Below, piece by piece: positions 1 to 9,015 of a stretch of 64,000 nucleotides of DNA. The DNA lies in contig JBGSMV010000029.1 of NCBI GenBank assembly GCA_041739995.1, positions 1 through 64,000 of the forward strand, given 5' to 3'. The stretch comes from Bdellovibrionota bacterium. Its GTDB lineage: Bacteria > Bdellovibrionota_C > UBA2361 > JBGSMV01. Numbering within the stretch: the stretch's first letter is position 1; every line of letters begins with the position of its first letter. A program made the position numbers and the translations under genes. A model generated the notes under the pieces. It did no database searches. It was not told where the DNA came from and worked only from the letters and a program-made list of their open reading frames with translations.

Positions 1-157
1 TCTGTAAATCGGCGTCTTGGGCGGGCAGATTCTTAAAAAAACTGGTGTGTAGATGGCACAACTGAGGTGCTTGGAGCTTTGGAGGGGTCCGGCAGGTGGT
101 GCAGCGCGGGGGGCAGCACATCGTCACTGAGAGAAAGGCGAGGCAAACCGAACGAGA

Positions 158-1525
158 TCAGCGCTTCTTAAGTAATTTCTTTAAACTGCTAAGCGCTGCG
201 TTTTCAGTTTTAGCGTACTTTTTAGACTTAACCTTTGTGAGATTAAGTTTCACTAAGCGGCTAGTAAGCCCACCGCAAGTAACCTTTAAATGCAGACTGC
301 CATTATTCTTATCCGACTTCTTGCCTTTAACTTTGTAAGCAACCATCTTTTTTGCATCAAGAACAACAGATGATGACGTTTTTGTGAAACTTCCTAACGA
401 CTTTGGACTTGCATAGTTAGCAAGACTCGAACCAGCGAGGGTAAATCGCGAACAAGAATCAAGCGAAGCAACAGTTAACGTCACCTTATCCTTCTTAATA
501 GAGGCACGCAGCGTCGGAGAAACAGTAGGCGCAGTCGGCGCCGGCGTTACCGTTGGAGTAGGCGTTGGAAACGATACCGCGACGTTATTAGGCGTTGGGT
601 ACGCTAGTAACGGCGTATTTTGGCCAGCTCCCTTCGTTATAGAACGATCACAGCTAGTTTCATTTCCCGCCGTGTCCGTGGCAACGATGCGCACGGTGTG
701 TGCTCCATTGGCGTAGCCTGTTGTATCGATAGAGAACTGAAACCCGGGTGTATTCGCATCAGCGTAGTTCGGATACGCTTGACGGGCTGCATAGTGATAC
801 TTATTGCGCTCGATATTTCGAACCCAAGTACCATCAATAAACAATTCTAACGCCGCCAAACGGGTTTCATCCATTGAATACCCAGAGATCTCTACATAGG
901 TGTCGAAAGTGGAGGATGCGGCTGGCCGTTCACATTCGAGTAACGGGGCAGTTGTATCCTGAGTCAGGGAATGATTCACAATCAGCCTTCCCTTTGCCAA
1001 TCTAGAAAGAGAGTCACCGCTACGGGAGACCACGCCGTATATATAGTAAGTACCGTTGGCAATCGCTGTAGTGTCCCAAGCATAAACGTTTGTGTTGCGC
1101 CCACTTGCTAAAGTGGCGATTAACGTCCCACCTGTAGTAGACGCGGTAGTGTTGTAATACAGCGCCACTGAGTCAGTTAACGGAGCCTCAACAGTTATCG
1201 CGTATTTGGTGTTGGATTCATGATCGGAACGGATGGTAAACGAATCAAACACTGAGAAATGCCCAGCCTCGATCGCTTCGCTCATGTCTACGCGTACCAA
1301 ATCGACCGCGGAATTATTCGTGGAAATAACAGTCCACGGGTTAGGAGCACCATCTGCAAGCGGTGGCTCCAACTGAATGCCGGTTTTTAAGTCGAGGCAA
1401 TATTCGTGGTTATCGCGTCGGATAATTACGTCATCGCCGTCGCGAAATCCGCCGTTTGTTAGGTCTGGATCGTGGAAAATAAACCGCGCAACGCTGTTAA
1501 ATCCGTTGTCGAGAGAATAGGCAAA
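158..1525 (-). pseudogene. 5'-truncated surface/secreted protein (Ig-like beta-sandwich domains, P/T-rich linker, Lys-rich C-terminus)
   Basis: The ORF track gives 158..1372 from a TTG. The frame stays open and protein-like up to ~1525, where it runs into the 52-bp repeat and a TGA. No signal peptide or good start remains. Contains a PTPTPTVTP linker and an Ig-like GAHTVRIVATDTAGN segment. Confidence 0.65.
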
Positions 1526-1563
1526 TCAATCATGCTTAATGACATCGGGACGTTAGTCCGACT
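1512..1563 (-). repeat. 52-bp direct repeat copy A, IS91/ISCR oriIS-like end
   Basis: Matches 2075-2126 with 1 mismatch. The minus strand ends TTGATTTGCCTATTCT followed by CTCG. Confidence 0.8.
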
Positions 1564-1623
1564 CATCCTTGACTCTGCTAACGGCGCCTAAGCACGAAGT
1601 TACAGGGCGAAGCTATCTTAAGC

Positions 1624-2004
1624 TTATTGCACCTCATTCTCTCGGGTCGAGCGTGAGCGAATGGGCACGAGAACTTCAAAACCAAGCGCCAATGCCGGCG
1701 CGCAGAAAATGATTTGCCAGAAACCTGAGAAAATGAAAAGTGGACCTAAGCAGAGCCGAACCAACACGGCGTAGAGGAAGTTCGCCTGGGGTTGAGATAG
1801 CGCGACCAAGACCGCGCAACTGATCGGAATGGCACAAGACGTAAGCAGGCGAACTGCGGGTGCGATGGAGCGCCCCGACGTGCGTTGGCTGAGGAGGACC
1901 AGGCCGAAAAACAGGGCAAGGGCGTAGGAAGCTGCTTGGAACAACACGATAGCGAACACCACCACAAGGTACCAACCGTCAAAAATGAATGATGCTAAGT
2001 TCAT
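1624..2004 (-). CDS. small hydrophobic membrane protein (passenger gene between the two oriIS-like repeats)
   Basis: 126 aa, ATG start, 3-4 hydrophobic segments, no recognisable family. Confidence 0.55.
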   Translation of the reverse strand: MNLASFIFDGWYLVVVFAIVLFQAASYALALFFGLVLLSQRTSGRSIAPAVRLLTSCAIPISCAVLVALSQPQANFLYAVLVRLCLGPLFIFSGFWQIIFCAPALALGFEVLVPIRSRSTRENEVQ

Positions 2005-2074
2005 GGTGCTGGGAGCGTTAAGCGGGAAAGTCCGATCGTCCTTGGAGAGTACGTGGGGCTGACCGCGCTGCGCA

Positions 2075-2126
2075 AGAGAATAGGCAAATCAATCATGTTT
2101 AATGACATCGGGACGTTAGTCCGACT
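2075..2126 (-). repeat. 52-bp direct repeat copy B, IS91/ISCR oriIS-like end
   Basis: Lies downstream of the transposase remnant. The minus strand ends TTGATTTGCCTATTCT followed by CTTG, the canonical IS91 target tetranucleotide. Confidence 0.8.
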
Positions 2127-2322
2127 TGCTGAGAATGTGGTTTAGCGAGCTTGAAGTAGGGGCAATGTTCAGGCTGGAATTATTTCCTGATTGTGTATCG
2201 AAGGCGAGGAACGCCTAATTTTCGAGCACGAATGCGCCTCTAAGCATCGGAGGGGAACTGTTAAGGGGTGTTTTTTTTGCATCTACGGCTAAGCGCGGAC
2301 GCGAGGCACCCACCGACACCGT

Positions 2323-2607
2323 TTAGATGAATTCATCACGGGGCATTTCATCGAATAGCTCGTGTTGTGGAGCTCTTGGTAGTGGGGGTGGAGCCTGCGC
2401 CCGTGGGATACGCAGAGAGTCTGCGATTTTGATAATCTCGTGCTCATCAGTAAGGAAGGCGATAATCCTCATCTTGCCTCGACAGCGCGGACACTCCAGG
2501 GGATCGAATTCGAAGACGCGTTTCATACAAGCAGTCCACGTCACTGACGGGGTTGCGCGCGGCTCTGGCATATTATCTGACGGCGGGATTGAGTAACGGG
2601 TCGTCAT
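2323..2607 (-). mobile_element. IS91/ISCR-family transposase, C-terminal remnant
   Basis: WTACMKRVFEFDPLECPRCRGKMRIIAFLTD...PPPLPRAP matches the typical C-terminal CxxC region of IS91/ISCR rolling-circle transposases. The catalytic N-terminal part is absent. Confidence 0.8.
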
Positions 2608-2794
2608 TCAGGTCAATGTATGCCGTAGGCTGGTCGCGAGACCGTCAGGGCAGCGATCTGCTTTTCCGCGCATGCATACTTTTAATGAATCTCATGATTT
2701 TCTCCTGACGGTGCGGCAATGGCGCTGTTGCGTGAAATTTTATATACGTTATCTGCGCTTTGAAACTGTTTCTTAGTAAAATCGCAGGGGCCAC

Positions 2795-3277
2795 ATGTCT
2801 GATATATATAGTATTGAGGTAGAGAGTCTTTCTGGGGAAACCTTTGCTCTGGAGCGGTATCGCGGAAAGGCTCTGTTGATCGTGAATGTGGCAAGCCACT
2901 GTGGATTCACGCCCCAATACGCTGGTCTTGAGCAGTTACAGCGTGAGTTTCAGTCGAAAGGCTTCGAAGTCCTCGGGTTTCCCTGTAACCAATTCGGCAG
3001 TCAGGAGCCCGGGAGTGCCGAAGAAATTAAAAACTTCTGTGATAGTCGTTACGAAGTGTCTTTTCCCATGTTCGCTAAGGTAGAAGTCAACGGCGAAGAT
3101 GCGCATCCGCTCTATAAGCTTTTGAAGAGTGAGGAGAAGGGAATCCTTGGTACTGAAGGCATTAAGTGGAATTTTACTAAATTTCTTGTAAGCAAGGACG
3201 GGCAGGTATGCGCACGATACGCCCCGACCACTTCTCCTGAGAGTTTGCGAGTAGAGATCGTGAAAATTCTGGAATAG
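2795..3277 (+). CDS. btuE: glutathione peroxidase (Cys-type)
   Basis: LIVNVASHCGFTPQY, GFPCNQFG and IKWNFTKFLV motifs. Confidence 0.95.
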   Translation: MSDIYSIEVESLSGETFALERYRGKALLIVNVASHCGFTPQYAGLEQLQREFQSKGFEVLGFPCNQFGSQEPGSAEEIKNFCDSRYEVSFPMFAKVEVNGEDAHPLYKLLKSEEKGILGTEGIKWNFTKFLVSKDGQVCARYAPTTSPESLRVEIVKILE

Positions 3278-3282
3278 TTAAG

Positions 3283-3422
3283 GCCGGACCTTGCAGGGAG
3301 GTTGAGTCTGTTTCTAGCACATATCCATTCTTGGCAATCTCAAGTACTACTTGAGCGTTTTGCTCGACAAGCAAGATAGTCATCCCTTCAGCATTGAGGC
3401 GTTGAATAACAGTCATGAGTCT
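3283..3422 (-). pseudogene. diverged duplicate fragment of the livF 3' end
   Basis: Highly similar DNA to ~6180-6320. Encodes MTVIQRLNAEGMTILLVEQNAQVVLEIAKNGYVLET versus livF MTVIQRLNAEGMTILLVEQNAHLALEIAKNGYVLET. Confidence 0.85.
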
Positions 3423-3661
3423 CGCCCAGAGACATTCCCTGGCCGGATTCCGGCAAGGCATTGTGAGCAGTAGAGTGAGTGGGTCTTAAGAACTCTGGGT
3501 GTCCCGATCGCATTCTCTGGCACATTCTCTGGCACATTCCGTTCTCCGATAAGTGCAACTTCCTTAAATCATAGGGGTCGAGGAGGCTTGGGGGGTTGGG
3601 TGTCCTCCTCCGTGCTTCTCTGTTCAATCTCCGGGAGGTGCTTTGAGTAGTCCCGCGCGGT

Positions 3662-6004
3662 GTGAGACCATCAAGCACCTCAAAATCAGACCGCATACAG
3701 GAGAGTTCTGGCATGTCAGGAGGAGGAAACACCCCACAGGGGCTTGGTGTAGGTTGGGGCGGCGCGAAAGCGGCCTCAGCGCCAATCGACCTCGCGAATC
3801 CGCCGGCATTTGCGGCCGAGCACTCGAGTACAAAGGTTGAGCCAGCTAACTGGGTTGCTCCGCTTTCTCGGTTTGTTGCAAAAATTGCAGCGCTTACACC
3901 AGCTGGGCTTGCGGAGAGCCAGAAAGACGGAGGTCCTTTCTCTCAACTCAAGGGCTTAGTTGGGAAGATTCAGGCTCAGCATCATGACCCGTCATTTTTA
4001 ACTCTTGCGACAGCCGATTTCATAAAGGCTCTGGATTTCTGCGGAACTGTGCGGAACCGAGCAACGCGGGCTGTGGTTCCCGTGATGTGTAGCGCTCGGC
4101 GCGTGCCCGCCACGGAAGATCCAAGAAATATTAAGGTGATCGAAAAACTTGCGTCGAGGGCCCATCCTCTTACTGGCGGGGGGCCAGGCCTGATGGAAAT
4201 CGTGAGTCATCTCGACTTCATGGCTCGATTGGCAGATCTCACTTGCTCAATGGCAGAGAAGTATCCGGGTCACCTCAAGCCCCTGATTAGAGCATTACTT
4301 GAACGCACGTCTATGGAAGGCCCCGAGCTTGCCGAACTTTTTGGCAACTGCGGGGTCACCTGGGAAGGTACTGCTCCTCAGTCTACCGCGGACTTGGCTG
4401 TGTTGTTGAGGGACGATGCGCAAACTGGCTTCTCAGAGGAGGGTCTAGAATATCTCGCTCTCGGGCTTGCGATGAAAAGCGAACATGACATGCAATCAAT
4501 TCGTACACTGCTACGAACCAAGTGTGATTTGACTCCTCAACAGATCGAAGGGCTGGGGCTTGAGGTGTTCGGAATTAAGCTTCACATCCCCAGTGAAAGA
4601 CTGATGAGTCGTTTCATCTCAACAGAGACGCAGCTCAATTATTTTTTCGGCAGAAAACTTCCCTTTGCGAAGGAGGGAAATATTGCGTTGGTTATGCCGG
4701 GAGGGCTCGGGACCTATGAGGAATTGCTCGAGCTCGTGCAACAGGGACTAAACGTAATCGTCTATGGAGAAATGTGGAAGCCGCTTGTAGATCGCATGCA
4801 AGGCTCACCGAACAGAGAATTTCGGGAAGCCAGTCGCAAGCTCGTTCATTACTGTGAATCGGTTGACGACGTTGGGGCGGCTCTCGACCTCCATTTGCCG
4901 GATGATTTGCCGAAGTCTAAGGCTCCGGGGGAGCAGTGGTTCGAGGGTGCCTATGGTGATAGTGCGCGCCAATTTGTATCCGAGCTTCTTGGCACTAAAG
5001 ACGAGATTTTTGGGTATGCCCGGACTCTTGAACAACAGTGTTGGGAAGCAATCGCTGAGGACGCCGATACTAAGGCGTCATTGATCGGCTCAGATCGGGA
5101 TCTCGGAGCGTTCCTTGGGGAGAAGTATCATATTGAGGGACCGGTAACCGCAGAGGCAGTAGCGAGTGCACTTGGTAAGGATCATCTAAAGTCGGGTGCG
5201 CCTCTTGCGGTAGTGAAGGCACATAAGTTGGCGAGTAAGGCCTGCGCGCTTCGATTGGTGGGAAACGAGAGAGAATCACTGCTGAGCCGCCTTGAGCTCG
5301 ATGACGACGGAGCTCCTAAGTTAGATCTTCGACTCCTTACCTGGGCAGTCGCTGACGTCGCTGTAGCGAGTTCGGTACAGGCACTCATTCCTGAACGGGA
5401 TGGGATCGCGGTTGTGGGGAGCCGAGTCTCTTACGCTCAGTTTGAGTCCCTTGATGCTCAATCTCCGGCGGAGATGATACAGATTCAGAGGAGAAAAACG
5501 CATCTCGTTGAGGAGTTCGGCAGGGTACTTGGCGCGAACGGAAATACCTTCGTCATTCCTAATGCTCGGTCCGATAGTGCTCCCTCCACTTTTATTCGTG
5601 CGGCGATTGGCGCGCGAGATGGCGAGCCGCCCAAGTTTATTGAGGTTGCTGTATCTTCCCCAGCCGTGGGTTCGGATCACGCCATCGCAATGATTCCCCA
5701 CACTAAGGTGGCGGTTCATAGTCAGTTCGGTAGAGAGCTTGCTATGACGAAAGCAACTAAGGGAGCAATCTTCTTTGAAGGCGGCGTTAATACCGAAGCG
5801 CTCTTTATTGAGATCCTAGACGGAATCGTCACCGGAAAGATACCTAAATCGTATAAGATTGTCCTTGTTGGAAAGGAATGGGGAAATGCGGTTGTTGAGT
5901 GTATTAAGCCACTCGTTGAGGCCAAAGTGGCCGACGTTTTCGCATTGGATTCGATTCTTGTGACCGAAGATCCTGCCGAAGCGACGACTTTCCTTAAAAT
6001 TTAA
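3662..6004 (+). CDS. large LOG/SLOG-family nucleotide-binding protein with two LOG-like domains and insertions
   Basis: TGGGPGLME, YFFGRK and PGGLGTYEEL LOG motifs. A degenerate second copy lies near the C-terminus (FGRE..M, FEGGVNTEAL, IVLVGKEW). The N-terminus is S/G-rich. Confidence 0.7.
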   Translation: MRPSSTSKSDRIQESSGMSGGGNTPQGLGVGWGGAKAASAPIDLANPPAFAAEHSSTKVEPANWVAPLSRFVAKIAALTPAGLAESQKDGGPFSQLKGLVGKIQAQHHDPSFLTLATADFIKALDFCGTVRNRATRAVVPVMCSARRVPATEDPRNIKVIEKLASRAHPLTGGGPGLMEIVSHLDFMARLADLTCSMAEKYPGHLKPLIRALLERTSMEGPELAELFGNCGVTWEGTAPQSTADLAVLLRDDAQTGFSEEGLEYLALGLAMKSEHDMQSIRTLLRTKCDLTPQQIEGLGLEVFGIKLHIPSERLMSRFISTETQLNYFFGRKLPFAKEGNIALVMPGGLGTYEELLELVQQGLNVIVYGEMWKPLVDRMQGSPNREFREASRKLVHYCESVDDVGAALDLHLPDDLPKSKAPGEQWFEGAYGDSARQFVSELLGTKDEIFGYARTLEQQCWEAIAEDADTKASLIGSDRDLGAFLGEKYHIEGPVTAEAVASALGKDHLKSGAPLAVVKAHKLASKACALRLVGNERESLLSRLELDDDGAPKLDLRLLTWAVADVAVASSVQALIPERDGIAVVGSRVSYAQFESLDAQSPAEMIQIQRRKTHLVEEFGRVLGANGNTFVIPNARSDSAPSTFIRAAIGARDGEPPKFIEVAVSSPAVGSDHAIAMIPHTKVAVHSQFGRELAMTKATKGAIFFEGGVNTEALFIEILDGIVTGKIPKSYKIVLVGKEWGNAVVECIKPLVEAKVADVFALDSILVTEDPAEATTFLKI

Positions 6005-6127
6005 TTAAGAAGTGCGGTTCGTTCCTCGGATGCTCCGAGGATAGCGACTGATCCTCGTTAGTGAGGAATCCCCTCTTGATGCGTTAGTCCTAGTCTAGGT
6101 TTCCCTCGCCTTAACTAATGCCAGAAA

Positions 6128-6952
6128 CTATTCGCCGAGATATGCCTCGCGCACACGCGGATCAACCTTGAGCAAAGCGGCGGGGCCTTGCAGGGAAATT
6201 GAGCCGGTTTCTAGCACATATCCATTTTTGGCGATCTCAAGTGCAAGGTGAGCGTTTTGCTCGACAAGCAAGATCGTCATGCCTTCAGCATTGAGGCGTT
6301 GAATAACGGTCATGATTCTTTCTACGAACTTTGGTGCTACTCCCATCGAGGGCTCGTCAAGTAGCAGAAGTTGCGGCCTGGCCATAAGCGCGCGCACAAT
6401 CGCGAGCATTTGTTGCTCACCGCCAGAGAGCGTCCCGCCCGCTTGATTCTTGCGCTCAGCAAGGATCGGGAAAAGTTCGAATGCGCGAGCATAATCTTCT
6501 GAACTTGGCTTTCCTTCGGGTGTTGAGTATCCGCCCAAATCAAGGTTCTCCATCACGGATAGGCGAGGGAATATTCTGCGCCCCTCTGGCACCATGACAA
6601 GTCCCTTGCTCGGGAGCTGATGGGCTGGTGTATCGCATAAGTTTGTATCTTTGAAACGAGCCGAGCCGGTACGAATGCGACAAAGTCCCGAGAGACATCT
6701 TAGTAGCGTAGTTTTCCCGGCTCCATTGGCTCCGATAATGGTGGCGAGTTCGCCGGCAGCGAGAGACAGAGAAATTCCACGGAGGACTTCAATCTGTCCA
6801 TAACCGGCATGCAGGCCTGAGACTTCGAGCACTATGTTGTTCTCGAGCACCTTATCGTCTCGGAGCACTGTATTGTCTCGGAGCACTGTATCGTCTCGGA
6901 GCACTGTATCCTTTTGGGGTACGGTATCGTTTTGGAGTACTGTGTCCGTCAT
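6128..6952 (-). CDS. livF: branched-chain amino acid ABC transporter ATPase
   Basis: GANGAGKT, VPEGRRIF, LSGGEQQML, LLLLDEPS, LVEQNA. Confidence 0.95.
   Translation of the reverse strand: MTDTVLQNDTVPQKDTVLRDDTVLRDNTVLRDDKVLENNIVLEVSGLHAGYGQIEVLRGISLSLAAGELATIIGANGAGKTTLLRCLSGLCRIRTGSARFKDTNLCDTPAHQLPSKGLVMVPEGRRIFPRLSVMENLDLGGYSTPEGKPSSEDYARAFELFPILAERKNQAGGTLSGGEQQMLAIVRALMARPQLLLLDEPSMGVAPKFVERIMTVIQRLNAEGMTILLVEQNAHLALEIAKNGYVLETGSISLQGPAALLKVDPRVREAYLGE
6831..6950 (-). repeat. 18-bp tandem repeat (~7 units) encoding [DN]TVL[RQ][DN] hexapeptides at the livF N-terminus
   Basis: gtctcggagcactgtat(c/t) units; protein DTVLQN DTVPQK DTVLRD DTVLRD NTVLRD DKVLEN NIVLEV. Confidence 0.9.
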
Positions 6953-7980
6953 GAATGGGAAGCTCCTAGGTAGGCCTCGATGACACGTGGATTCTTAGTA
7001 ACCTCTGTGGGGGTTCCTTCTGCGATCTTTGCCCCAGAGTCTAGAACGACCACGCGGTCGGATATTCCCATCACTACTTTCATGTCATGTTCAATCAGGA
7101 TAACAGTGATTCCTTGATCGCGAATCCGTCGAATGAGTTCCATTAATGCTGCGGACTCAGTCGGGTTCATGCCGGCAGCAGGCTCATCGAGTAGTAAAAC
7201 CTTGGGCTCTACCGCGAGCGCGCGGGCAATTTCGAGGCGACGCTGCAGGCCGTACGGCAAAGATCCAGCGGCATTCAATGCGTGCGACTCAAGGCCAACA
7301 AAGCCAAGAAACTCAAGCGCCTTGCTGCGTAGTGCGGCTTCTTCTCTCAGGCATTTTGGCGTTCGAAGCATGCTCGAGAAAAAGCCTACACGTGTGTGTC
7401 GATGCATGCCAATCAGCACATTTTCGAGAGCCGAGCGTTCTCCAAAGAGCCGAATATTCTGAAAGGTGCGACTGAGTCCAAAGTGTGCTGAAACTTCAGG
7501 ATTTCTACGCGAACTATTCCAAACCCTAAACGCGCCGAGACCCCCGATCGCAGTTCCCGCAAGGAAGGGTAGAAGTGTGAGTAGCCATGAAGTGTCAGCG
7601 AAGTAGCCGAAGACGCTTCGCAGAGATCTCCCCCAAGGGAATTGCTGCTGATATACATACAGTTGGACGACGACTTTTTCCCAGATGGCTACGACGTTAA
7701 ATATAGCAATGGCACCGAACCCTGTGGCTATGGCGACTAGAATCATGGCTGCGATCGAACGGATCGAGAGCGCATGCTCCGGTCGTCGGTTGTCGATGCG
7801 AACGCTCCCGGAAGTGGCGTGGTGAACTCCTGAGATAGCGTTGAACAAAGAGGTTTTCCCCGCACCGTTCGGGCCGATCACAGAAAAGATTTCGCCAGGA
7901 TGTACGGCGAAGCTCACGTCATCGACTGCAGTGAGGCCGCCGAAACGAACAGTTACCCCGTGTGTCTCAAGGATCGCCAT
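6949..7980 (-). CDS. livG: branched-chain amino acid ABC transporter ATPase with internal hydrophobic insertion
   Basis: VRFGGLTAVDDVSF, GPNGAGKT, RTFQNIRLF, LPYGLQRRLEIARAL, DEPAAGMN, IEHDM. Confidence 0.92.
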   Translation of the reverse strand: MAILETHGVTVRFGGLTAVDDVSFAVHPGEIFSVIGPNGAGKTSLFNAISGVHHATSGSVRIDNRRPEHALSIRSIAAMILVAIATGFGAIAIFNVVAIWEKVVVQLYVYQQQFPWGRSLRSVFGYFADTSWLLTLLPFLAGTAIGGLGAFRVWNSSRRNPEVSAHFGLSRTFQNIRLFGERSALENVLIGMHRHTRVGFFSSMLRTPKCLREEAALRSKALEFLGFVGLESHALNAAGSLPYGLQRRLEIARALAVEPKVLLLDEPAAGMNPTESAALMELIRRIRDQGITVILIEHDMKVVMGISDRVVVLDSGAKIAEGTPTEVTKNPRVIEAYLGASHS

Positions 7981-7983
7981 GCG

Positions 7984-9015
7984 CTACTTGGAGCCTCCTT
8001 TAACATCACTTTGAGGAGGTATAATTCCCTGAGGTCTCAGACGGGTCATTATAATCAGCGCCATGCCGAGAATGAGAAACTTCCAGTTGCCGGGGGCGGC
8101 GAGAACATTTGCGGAGCTGGAAATTCCAACAGAGGAGAGCCATTCGGAGAGTTCAACAAGTACTATTGAGTTGAGCCCCACCATGAGAAAAGCTCCAAGC
8201 AGCACGCCCGGAACACTTCCCATGCCACCCACTATAAGAATACAAAGCACGATTACTGAGAGCTGAAAGTCGAAATTGCCGGGTTCCCCGGTTGAGCCTA
8301 AATAGCTTGCCCAGAGAGCTCCGGAAAAACTGGCGAGCGCAGCTCCTACCGAAAATGCCAAAAGCTTGGATTTGACTACTGGTACTGCCATGCAACCAGC
8401 CGCGAGCTCATCATCGCGCACGGCAATCCAGGAGCGTCCATAGCGGCTGCGTTCAAGGTTTCTGATTCCCCAAGCGCACAGGCTCACGATGGCAAGCAAA
8501 AAGTAGAACCAGCCGAGAGAATGTGCAGCGCCAAGCTCGAAGCCAAACAGTCCAGGGCGGGGAAGGGGATTCAGACCCTGGGTGCCCTTGGTGATAGGCT
8601 CAAGATTGCGAAGAATGTCCTGCATTATCTCCCCGAACCCGAGCGTGACAATGGCCAAGTAGTCGCCGCGTAGTCGGAGAGTGGGGAGACCTAGGATTAA
8701 TCCAAGGATAAGTCCGGTGCAGATGCTGACCAGAACTCCGCCCCAGAAGCCAAGCTGAAAGGGGAAGACCTCAACCGTGGCGATGCCATAGCTATATGCA
8801 CCAGCGGCGACGAAAGCGGCGACACCAAGGTGTAGGAGGCCACACAAGCCTGTTACGATATTGAGACTAAGTCCCATGAGCGCGAAAATGAGGATCGGCC
8901 GCATGCGATCGGTCAGAGACAGGTTCAGACCAATAGAGCTGAGGGTCCAGTTAAACAATGGAAGCAACAAGGCGAGGAGTAACAGGATGCGAAGCGGTGT
9001 GAACCAGGACCTCAT
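7984..9015 (-). CDS. livM: branched-chain amino acid ABC transporter permease
   Basis: LRLRGDYLAIVTLGFGEI and GGMGS motifs. Probable start is ATG 9015, overlapping the livH stop. Confidence 0.92.
   Translation of the reverse strand: MRSWFTPLRILLLLALLLPLFNWTLSSIGLNLSLTDRMRPILIFALMGLSLNIVTGLCGLLHLGVAAFVAAGAYSYGIATVEVFPFQLGFWGGVLVSICTGLILGLILGLPTLRLRGDYLAIVTLGFGEIMQDILRNLEPITKGTQGLNPLPRPGLFGFELGAAHSLGWFYFLLAIVSLCAWGIRNLERSRYGRSWIAVRDDELAAGCMAVPVVKSKLLAFSVGAALASFSGALWASYLGSTGEPGNFDFQLSVIVLCILIVGGMGSVPGVLLGAFLMVGLNSIVLVELSEWLSSVGISSSANVLAAPGNWKFLILGMALIIMTRLRPQGIIPPQSDVKGGSK

Noticed and set aside
1564..1625. Integron attC site after the passenger gene
   Set aside because: A GTTAG is present on the minus strand, but there is no matching RYYYAAC core and no integrase. 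The IS91-end explanation fits better.
6831..6950. CRISPR array (also considered for 42699-42770 and the 52-bp pair)
   Set aside because: The repeats are contiguous in-frame units without unique spacers (the 52-bp pair is only two copies ~500 bp apart), and there are no cas genes in the window.
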